Part shown: positions 48,917-64,000 of the stretch, piece after piece
Numbering within the stretch: the stretch's first letter is position 1
How the letters are laid out: every line of letters begins with the position of its first letter
Assembly: GCF_009914755.1 (NCBI RefSeq)
Contig: NC_060936.1
Direction: 5' to 3' (one strand)
DNA length: 64,000 nucleotides
Source of the DNA: the human T2T-CHM13v2.0 reference genome, Homo sapiens
Notes under the pieces: generated by a model
Told to the model about the DNA's origin: nothing
The model's input: only the letters and a program-made list of their open reading frames with translations
Databases searched by the model: none
Translations under genes and position numbers: made by a program

Positions 48917-49607
48917 TGAAAACCCCTTTGCAAAAGTATGACATAAGAGAAATCTAACATGGCTGACTCCATCTTGCTTCTAGCCTCACGGACTGGCTGT
49001 CTTTGCTCATTTCTGGAAATTTTTCTTTGGGAGAAATTTAGTTTACAGTTTAAATAATAATAACCCTTCCCCAAAACTAAACTGCCCTTGTAAAACTAAT
49101 GAAAGGTCACCAAGTTAGAAGGACGAGAGGGGCCTGAATTCTAAATAATTACTAGCCATTACTCTGAAGGTCATACGATTTGCAACTTTTCCAATTACTC
49201 TTGCAGATAACATCATTATTGTAGACCCTAAGATTGGTCTTTTGAAATGTCTTTTCAGTTTTTTGCATTTCTGACAAGTGGATGGCCCCATCCGAACTTG
49301 TGACTCAATCAGTCCTGTGGCCCCCACCCAGAAGCAGATCAGTGCATGAGGACCATTTTCCACACCCCATGTTGACATCCCCAACCAATCAGCATGTCTC
49401 CTACCCTAGCCCTGTGCCCACCAAACTATCTTTGAAAGACTCCTAACCTCTGAACCTTTAGGGAGACTGATTTGAGTTATAACTCCATCTCCCATGTAGC
49501 ATAACCAGCCTCACATCAATCAAACGCTTTCTTTACTGCAATGCCATGGTCTCAGGGGGTCGATTTTGTTCCTGCAGCAGGCAGGAAGAACCCATCAGGC
49601 AGTTACA
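48917..49607 (+). mobile_element. Solo LTR8-family LTR (LTR8A/B-like)
   Basis: tgaaaacccctttgcaaaa...gactccatcttgcttcta...aggcagttaca; TSD tgag/cgag. Confidence 0.82.
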
Positions 49608-49768
49608 CGAGGAGCAATTTGGCAAAACCTATTATAGGTTTAAAATTTTACTTTGAGTAGCTTGGTAGTACACAAAGATACAAATATAAAGTATCAAGTG
49701 TTGGTGGGAATGTAGTCATTGGAACACTCATACACTGTTAGTGGGACTGTAAACTGGCAGGACCACTT

Positions 49769-50713
49769 CGTTTTTCTGTTTTTTGGTTTTTTGAGACAGG
49801 CTCTCACTTTGTCACCCAGACTGGAGTATAGTGGCATGATCTCGGCTCACTGCAGCCTCCACCTCCTGGGCTCAAGCAACCCTCCCACCTCAGCCCCCTA
49901 AGTAGCTGAGACTACAGGTGCACACCACCATGCCTGACTAATTTTTTGTATTTTATGCAGAAACAGGGTTTCACCATCTTGCTGTCAGAGGCGTTTAAAC
50001 CACAGCAACTCCATCTTGAATAGGGGCTGGGTAAAATAAGGCTGAGACCTACTGGGCTGCACTCCCAGAAGGTTAGGAATTCTAAGTCACAGGATGAGAT
50101 AGGAGGTCAGCCCAAGATACAGGTCATAAAGACCTTGCTGATAAAACAGGTTGCAATAAAGAAGCTGGCCAAATTCTACCAAAACCAAGATGGCAATGAG
50201 AGTGACCTCTGGTCGTCTTCACTGCTCATTATATGCTAATTATAATGCATTAGCATGCTAAGAGACACTCCCACCAGTGCCATGACAGTTTACACATGCC
50301 ATGGCAATGCCAGGAAGTTACCCTATATAGTCTAAAGAGTGGAGGAACCCTCAGTCCCAGGAATTGCCCACCCCTTTCCGGGAAAACTCATGAATAATCC
50401 ACCCCTTGTTAAGCATATAATCAAGAAATAATCATAAAATTGAGCAACCAGCAGCCCTTGGGGCTGCTGTGTCTATGCAATAGCCATTCTTTTATTCCTT
50501 TACTTTCTTAATAAGCTCGCTTTCACTTTGTACTATGGACTTGCCTGAAATTCTTTCTTGTGTGAGATTCAAGAACCCTCTCTTGGGGTCTGGATCGGGA
50601 CCCCTTTCTGGTACCATTGCCAAGACTGGTCTTGAACTCCTGAGCTCAAGCTATCTGCCTGCCTTGGCCTCCCAAAGAGCTAGAATTATAGGCATGAGCC
50701 ACTGCACCCGGCC
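49769..50713 (-). mobile_element. AluJ-like split by a MER41B-like LTR
   Basis: Alu sequence breaks at caccatcttgc and resumes ttgccaagactggtcttgaactcc. Confidence 0.88.
49983..50616 (+). mobile_element. Solo MER41B-like LTR
   Basis: tgtcagaggcgttt...cctttctggtacca; 4-bp TSD TTGC; GAS TTCCGGGAA 50376-50384. Confidence 0.92.
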
Positions 50714-51019
50714 AGGAAGGATCACTTGGGAAAACAATTTGGCATTATCTACTAAGGCTGAAGATGTGAATGTCTTATAACTCAGCAGTTCCACTTCTGG
50801 GCATAGACTCAAGAGAAACTCTTGTACATGTGTTTATATCCACACTGTTTGTTAAGACCAAGAAAGAAGAACTAATCCTAATTGTCCATCAACAATACAA
50901 TAGATAAATACAGCAGTGAAAATGAAGAAATTATAGCTACACACAATGACATGGATGATCTCAGGAATATTGTGTTGTGAGAAAAAGCAAGTTGCAGAAT
51001 AATATATACAGTATGGTTC

Positions 51020-51565
51020 TGCAGGGTGCCAGACTATGCCACCTCAAAATACGCCTCTTTACCACTGGATTATCTTGAGCTAAACACAATTGAGAAATAG
51101 TAGATACAAGTAAAGTTCTTTACCTCCCTCTTACTACCTAAAAATGCAGTATAAAATTCCCCTTTTGGAAAGGAATTTATATTTATAAAGCAAATTTATA
51201 TTTGTAAAATTTGTCTCCTTACCAGGAAGAAAGCTATTCATAGAGATGACCCTTATCACCTGGATGACTCTTATCTGCAAAACAAGATAGCCTTTATTTA
51301 TCACACATTTCATCCCCTCACTTTCCCATAAGCTTGCCTCCCTGACCCAGAAATCCCAAACCCCTTTTCCTTTGTTTAGCCTAAGATGATAAATAAGCCT
51401 CAATCATCTAACCACATCCTTGAGTCTCATTTCTTATTTAAACTAATGTGCATTAAGTGTGTAATCAAAACCTTTTTTTCTCTTGCTAATCTGTGTTTCG
51501 TTATTTTAATTCACAGGCTCAGCCTGTTAGGAGGGTAGAGGAAAAAGGATTCCTCTTCCCCTACA
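51020..51565 (+). mobile_element. Solo ERV1 LTR (MER89/MER90-like), inserted in an old L1 3' end
   Basis: TG...cccctaCA; MER4-group motifs (tatgccacctcaaaatacgcc, tctcttgctaatctgt). Confidence 0.65.
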
Positions 51566-51620
51566 ATTTCATTTGTATAAAATCCAAAAGCACATAAAAC
51601 TAATTGCTTGGGAAAACAGA

Positions 51621-53542
<1,922 letters not shown>

Positions 53543-53659
53543 AATAAAGCTAAAAGTAGAGTAACAATAAACCTAAATTAAGGATAGTTGTTACCTTTCA
53601 GAGAAGAAAAGGAGGATGGGGTTGGAGAGAAGCACACAGGGTACTTTAAAGGTAATGAG

Positions 53660-54518
<859 letters not shown>

Positions 54519-54894
54519 CTAATAATGTTTTGGGTTTTTTTCCTTACATTTGGTGATAAATTCAGAGGTTTTTGGTTGTAAATGTGTTTCATTTTACTTC
54601 ATAAATATTTTTGTGTCTAGTCAATGTTTAATAAAAGCAACTTAAAGAACTTAAGTGTCCAACAATCAGTTATACGTCAACATAAATAGAACAATTTTAT
54701 TTATATAAAACTCTATATATATTATGTGGATAAACAGCAATGAAAGATGTGTACAAGGACATATAATAATGTATTAATCATTGTATCACTTAGTGAGTGG
54801 ATTTGGACTGATTTTGCTCTCCTTGTTTTACTTTACTATATTGTTTATTTTGTCCATATAAAGGACATGTATTTTCTTATAAAGAAAATAAAAC

Positions 54895-55310
54895 TGGTTG
54901 GCATGATGACACATGCCTGTTTAATCAGCACTTTGGGAGGCTGAGGCAGGAGGGCTGCTTGAGTCCAGGAGTTTGAGACCAGCCTGGGCAACATGGCAAA
55001 ACCCTGTCTTTACAAAAATACAAAAAGCTAGTTGGGTATGGTGGTGCACCCCTGTAGTCCCAGCTACTCAGGAGGCTGAGGCAAGAGGATCAATTGAGTC
55101 TGGGGAGTTGAGGCTTTAGTGAGCCATGATCAGGCCAGTGCACTCCAGCCTGGGCAAAGAACAAGACCCTGGCAAAAAAAAAAAGAAAAAATTTTAAAAA
55201 GAAAGAAAAGAAAGGAAGGAAGGGAGGGAGGGAGGAAAGAAAGAAGGAAGGAAAGGGGAGGAAAGAAAGAAGGAAGGAAAGGAAAGGAAAGGAAGGAAAG
55301 GAAAGGAACT
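54895..55310 (+). mobile_element. AluJ-like with tail expanded into a GAAG/GGAA purine tract (~55186-55310)
   Basis: Alu dimer followed by a nearly pure purine run. Confidence 0.9.
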
Positions 55311-55387
55311 ATTTCTTTAAAAAAAAAGATATAACTATTAGGATGTTCACAACAGTTAGATAGATGTATAGATAGATAAACATATTG

Positions 55388-56020
55388 TGTAAGAAAGAAT
55401 TAACCTTACTCAAAGTAAGGTATGGCCTTTGCTGTCAGCCCCTAGGAGGTAATCTCTAAGCCCTTGGGATGTCTTGCCTGATGAAAGTGTCCTTGTTTAC
55501 TTGGGGGCCTTGAGCCATGCCAGATAGTCTGATTACAATAATTTGTGGTAGGGGCTTTGGGGCACATGCTATCAGCTCAACCTCCAGAGAAGCTGGAGGT
55601 TAAGGTCATCCACATGGGCAGTCAACTATGTCTATGTGGTGATGCCCCAGTAAAAACTTTGGACACCAAACTTCTCTGGTTGGCAGTACTCCATGAGTAT
55701 TGCCACACACTATTGCTGGGAGGCACAATGGCTGGCTCTGACTCCAATGGGAGAGGACATTTAGAAGTGTCATGCTTGAAACTCTCCTGAACTCTGCCCC
55801 TTGCACCTCTTCCTTTGGTTTATTTTAATTTGTACACATCACTGTAATAACCCATAACCGTGAGTGTAGCAGCTTTCAGTGAGTTCTGTGAGTCTTTCTA
55901 GTGATTATTGAAACTGAGAGTGTTCTTGGGAATCCTTGCACTTTCATTTGGTGCCAGAGTGAGGGTGATCTTGGGGACACCTGAACTTTGGAGTTGGTGT
56001 TAGAAGTGGAATTTGCAAGA
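55388..56020 (+). mobile_element. MER77-like (ERV-L) LTR followed by a tRNA-Leu-type primer binding site
   Basis: MER77/MER21-group motifs (ctctaagcccttgg, ccccagtaaaaactttggacacca, gagttctgtgagtc); TGGTGTTAGAAGTGGAATT at 55995-56013. Confidence 0.72.
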
Positions 56021-56025
56021 ATGAC

Positions 56026-57876
<1,851 letters not shown>

Positions 57877-58329
57877 ATCCAGGTGGCCGCAGTTCCTTAT
57901 TTTCTTGTCTGTGTCCATAACTCCTCAACAATCCCTCCCAACTGGTCTATAAAATCATTTTGTAGACAAAGTGATATTTGTTTGTTTCTTAAATATTTCT
58001 GCAGAATGGTTTTAAAAGGCTAAAAGATTTAGTTTTAGATAAAAAGATTTACATTGCTCACATATCAGAGTATATTAAATGGTGTACAGTGAGAAATCAC
58101 TCTTTCCTTCCCCACACCATTCCCCATTCACTTTGTTTTCTTCCTCTGTGAGTAGTGATTATAGGTTCTGTTGATCCTTCTGAAAAATGTTTATGCATAT
58201 TTAAGACTATATGTGTGTATGTGCATTCAGTTTTTCCACAAACATTTCACATAAATGGTAGCATACTATACACACTCTCTCTGCATTAAGGATCTTTCTC
58301 TATCAATACATTAATATGTACATAATATC

Positions 58330-58332
<3 letters not shown>

Positions 58333-58370
<38 letters not shown>
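58333..58370 (+). repeat. (TG)19 microsatellite
   Basis: Perfect TG run. Confidence 0.97.
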
Positions 58371-58372
<2 letters not shown>

Positions 58373-58469
58373 GTGCTGAACTACACTGTGTTCACCATTA
58401 CAAGGGCTTTAGTAAGACTGTTGAAATGAATAAAATTACAATACAGGGAGTTGATAATAATAAGTGTTG

Positions 58470-60470
58470 ATGACATCAAAGTGACTAATAAACACATGAA
58501 AATGTGCTCAACATCATTATTCAAGAGGGATATACAAATTAAAAGCACAGTGAGATTTTACTACCCACCCACTAGAATGAATAAAATAAGCAAAATGAAA
58601 CATCTGACAATACCAAGGGTTGGAGAAGATATGTTGCAACCGGAACTCTCAGACACTCTGCTGAGAATGTAAATTGATAGAGCCACTTTGGAAAACTGAT
58701 CTTAACTACTAAATCTGAACATATGCATAGCCTATGGCACAGTAACTCCACTCTTAGGTATGCTAAGAGTAGAGCTGCCAACAGGAATGCTACATATGTT
58801 CACCAAAAGACATACAAGTAAAGGATTAATCTTGTCCAAAGCAATGTTTGGCCCTTGATCAGTTTCTAGGAGGCAACCTCTAAGCCCTTGGAATAAGAGC
58901 ATCCTTACCTGGGGCTTTGGGTCACACCAAATAGCCTATGTTAACAATGTCACTTATAGCCAGAGTATTGGGCCACATGGCATCAGCTTAACCTCTGGAG
59001 AAGCTAGAGACTAAGAGCAGCCACGTGGTTGTTGCCATTTCCATGTAACCAACCCCCAGTAAAATCCCTGGACACCAAGGCTAGGGGAGCCTCCATGCTA
59101 GGTTGGCGTTACTCCATGCATCTGCCACTCATCATTGCCGACAAAAGTAAACTCTGTCTGCGGGACTCCACTGAAAGAGAACGACTGGAAGCTCATGCCT
59201 GGGAACTTGCCTGGACTCTGTCCTCTGTGCCTTTTCCCACTGCTGATTTTAATCTGTATTCTTTCACTGTAATAAACCATCATCGTGAATATAACAGCTT
59301 TCTTTCTGAGTTCTGTGAGTCCTTCTAGTGAATTATTGAACCTAAGGATAGCCTTGGGGATCTCCCAAATGGCAACAAGAATGTTCATAGAGGCATTATT
59401 CATAATAGACAAAACCTGGAAACAACCCAAATGACCATGAATAGAATAGATGTATATTCATATAAAGGAATATTCTACAGCAAGAAAACTAACTGCAACA
59501 ACATGCAACAATATTGATGAATCACTCAACCACAATATTGAGCAAAAGAAGCCACAGAAAGGAGTATGCAGTATATTATTTTATTTATGTAAGGTTCAAA
59601 AATTAGTCTATGTTGAGAGAAGCCAGAATAAGGTTACCTTTGAGATGGGGTATTGGCTGAAAATCTCAAGCTTGATACTTATAATCTGTGCACTTTTCTG
59701 TGTGTAGATTATGCCTCAACAGAAAGTTTACTTCCTACACACCTATTATCATTGTTAAAAAAAAAAAGAGTGAGAGAGAGAGAGAGAAGAGGGGAGGGGG
59801 AAGGAAACTGGATTGGATTCTGGCAAGGTTGCAGAGTAACTGCAACTCTCATACACTGCTAATGGGAATGTAAAATGGTACCACTACTTTAGAGAATAGT
59901 TTGACAGTTCCTTATAAAGTTAAACATACACTTACCATATGACCCAGCAATTCTATCCCAAGGAGTTACCCAAGAGAAATGAAATTTTATATTTATGCAA
60001 AAACCTATAGGCCACTCATCCTCTTCAAAAAAAACTCGAAGAACCCAAATATCCTTCAACAGATGAATGGATACATAAACTATGATGCGTCCACATAGTG
60101 GAATACTATTATACTACTCAGCACCGAAAAGGAGTGAACTATTGACACATGCAACCCCTCAGATGAATCTCGTGTATTAAGTGAAAGAAGTCAGACCCAA
60201 AAGGCTGCACACTATAGGATTCAATTTATATGACATTCTGGAAAAGGCAAAACTTTAGAGACAGAAAATAGACTGGTGGTTGCCTGGGGTGGGGGGTTAT
60301 AGGAGGCATTGACCACAAAGGGGCACAAGAGAATTAATTATTTGGGGGTGATGATAACATTTTGTAACTTGACTGTGGTGGTAGTGATTACACAGCAGAA
60401 TGTGTCAAAACTTAAACTATACACTAAAAAGGGTGAGTTTCATTATATACAAAGTGTACCTCAGTAAAAC
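58470..60470 (+). mobile_element. Two old L1M 3'-end fragments (~58470-59720 and ~59815-60470)
   Basis: L1 3' motifs (acatgaaaatgtgctcaacatca; cttaccatatgacccagcaatt; gacattctggaaaaggcaaaact). Confidence 0.8.
58819..59374 (+). mobile_element. Solo MER77-like LTR inserted in L1
   Basis: Similar to 55388-55990; 5-bp TSD ACAAG (58814-58818, 59375-59379); L1 continuous across it. Confidence 0.78.
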
Positions 60471-60949
60471 TGACAGATATATAAACATGTTTAAAGCATA
60501 CTTTTAAGTAATAATAATAATAGGTGCCACGAGAGATGTAAAGAGGAAGGAGACTATGAAAAATTTATTTCCCAGTGAGAATTAGAGAATTGTCACGGAA
60601 GTGTTCATATGCATGTTGAGCCTCAAATATACATGAATAATATCTGGGGAGTGACCATCTTGAAGAACTAATTTCCAATTTCAAATTCATGGATGAAAGT
60701 ATCAGAGAATCATATTTCTGTACTTTTGCCATAGCACCTTCCACTGAGCCACAAACCAAGTAGATCTAAGAGCCACTTAGTCTCATCTGTCATGGCACAC
60801 CTTTGGGCGAGAGTCACACTGCCTCCACCTGAGAAACAGCTCCAAGCCCAGAAAACAAGGGGCTTAGAGAGTCAGAATCCTTAGGTCTACCAGGGACTTC
60901 AAAACTTCCTCCACAATATTTGTCCTTTCAGAATAAGAGGAAATAATCC

Positions 60950-61210
60950 ATTAATAATTAAAGCTAACACTTATGTAGCACTGACTAGATGCCGGGCCCT
61001 GTTCCTTAATTTCATATATATATATATATCAATTCTTACAACAACTCCATGAGGTAGGTAGTTTTGAAAACAACCCCATTTTACAGATGGGAACCTGAAG
61101 AACAGAGTGGTTAAGGAACTTGCTCAGGGTACAAAATTAGTAAGTGGTAGAGGCAAAATTCAAATCTGAGCATTCTGGCTCCAGAGACATCTTCCTAATC
61201 ATTGCAGTCT
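60950..61210 (-). mobile_element. MIR
   Basis: ccccattttacagatgggaacctgaag...ggttaaggaacttgctcaggg. Confidence 0.8.
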
Positions 61211-63190
61211 AGTCCCGCTCCGTGCACAGTTAGGGTAGGGGTTGGGTGGCCAGTATATCCTAGTCCAAGTCTCTCAAAGTATAAACTGCCATTCACTAGT
61301 GTGATGGAATCAACTGAATGGGTTGTGACCAGCTTTTAGAAAGTGGAATTGAAAATAAGTAAATATATTTTGGAATGGGATGAATAGATAATATCAGAGT
61401 ACATTCCAGATATATGTACTGAGTCACTATATAGGTTGTATTTATTACTGTGTGTCAAGATCTGAAAAGTTTAAAGCACTTTCCAGGTCCACCCTCAGAG
61501 GATAAAAGCTCAAGATGTCCTAAGCCTGAAATCCAGGCTATCTCTTCTCCAAGAACGTCAGTCCTCCCCCATGATACATCCAGCAGTCTCCCTAATGCTT
61601 TTGGGTCTTGAGGGCAGAGTCCCACAACCTTTGGCCATTGACTACTGCAGAGGAGTAAGCTGGGTGTAATTCTGCTCAAAATGAGAGTCAGGCTAAGCCC
61701 CGGCTTTAGTAGTGGCCAGAAAGCTAAAGTCATTCTCTGAAACAGAAAATGTGGATTCTTTGCACTCTCGCCAGGTGCACGTTATAACTGGTGGGGAAGC
61801 TCCAGCTGAAATGCCTACAGCCCTTTGAACTAAAGTGCTTTACATTCCCTGTCTTCTCACAAGGAGGAATGGTAGAAATATAGGTGACAGGGGACCGGTA
61901 TCACTGAGCACCATGATACTGTTCACTGGACACCTGGTGGCTCAGGTGTGTAGGAGACAGCGGCAGTGTCTGCAGTGGCACATTGAGGCTGCAGGAAGAG
62001 GCCATGCCTGACCCAGGAGGCCACTCCCTCAAAGCCTCCAGCAGCCACCAGAAATAGGAGAGACTTGTCTTGCTCAGACACAGGATCCTCATGCGTATCT
62101 GGGCCACAGCCCAAAGTACTGACAGTCTAGCTCTCCAATCTTCTCATGTGCACACCTAGGTACCTTCGAGGGCATATGACTGTGTCATACCTGGTTCTCG
62201 GGCGTTCATTTCCTCATAGATTGTGTTTTTCAGGGTGATATTTGCCTGGCATGCAACCTTCTACGTGGTGATCCAGGGGCCCGGACGCTTCCATTCTGTG
62301 ACTGTGCCCTCCTTTAGGGTCTCTAGGACCTCTGAGTCCTCTGCATTCAGCCTGCAGATGGAGAAAGAGTGGAGAAGATATGCCCTTGTCTTAAGCTCCT
62401 TGGCTATTTATTGAGAACATAGCCCCTTTCAGGTGCAAAGCAGGAGCTGAGAAATACTGCCTCCAGCTGGGCTACTGTTTCCAGCATCAGCTGTCCTCTG
62501 CAGTGAGAGTGTCAGGAATCTTCATCTCTGCTTCATGGACCAAGAACCACTGTGTCCCATACCACCCTGGGAATGATCCCCCTTTTCTTGCAGAACAACT
62601 AAGCTGCCTCCTCCACCCTTAATGAGGGAAACTCTTAATGATTTCCTAACTATGCATATTGTAGCTGGTAAGTCTCTTCCTCTAGAAAACATAGGGAAAA
62701 AGCCACAAGTTGACTCTCGAAGCAAGACTCCCCTTCTGTTTTCTATGGTATCTGAACATTAGGAAATAGTCTAGAAGGATGCCATTGCTAGACACTAGGA
62801 ACACAGACTCGGAAGGTAGGGTTAGGCGAAGAGTTTCATCTTTTACTTTACACCATTCTGTATATTTGGTTTAAACACTAATGAGCAAAAGAAGTATTAG
62901 GCAGCATAGCTATTTATATGAAATTCGAGAATAGGCCAAACAAATTGATTATGATAAAAATCAGAATAGTGGCTATCTCTGGGGAGGAAATGGGTTTTGA
63001 CTGGGAAGAGGCAGGAAATGTTCTCCATCTCAGTGTGAGTGATGGCTACACAGGCGTCCACACAGGTAATTAACCATGGTCTACACTTAAAATTAGCACA
63101 GTTCATGTTCTTTGGCATATATACATTATACCTCAATTTAAAAAAATATATATATATTAGTTTAAAAATTCCCTGCCCTAATTTACTCCC

Positions 63191-64000
<810 letters not shown>

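Overview
Primate (human/great-ape-type) genomic DNA, mostly interspersed repeats (about 35 Alus, stacked L1M/L1PA pieces, many ERV LTRs, hAT/Tigger fossils). A CpG-island promoter at ~14.3-15.4 kb drives a minus-strand gene whose non-coding first exon ends at a CTG|GTATGT donor (14367). Positions 1-14366 would be its intron 1. I tentatively recognise it as TUT4/ZCCHC11 from memory, unverified. No intact protein-coding gene lies in the window. Main new observation: the small non-repetitive islands between 15.6 and 60.9 kb read as a chain of 7-8 plus-strand exons with splice signals, mostly compatible phases and protein-like frames broken by scattered stops. This suggests a decayed multi-exon gene (~700 codons, with an IQ-like motif) lying head-to-head with the CpG-island gene. 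Other highlights: a ~950-bp processed pseudogene of unidentified parent inside a two-LTR HERV16/ERV-L provirus inside a MER20B-like transposon; a twin-primed inverted L1PA3-like insertion with a 16-bp TSD; an LTR cluster with two divergent MER41B-like LTRs carrying STAT1-type GAS motifs around an LTR8; and an intronic antisense LTR12 with five CCAAT boxes. Repeat subfamily names come from recalled consensus sequences and need RepeatMasker/Dfam confirmation.
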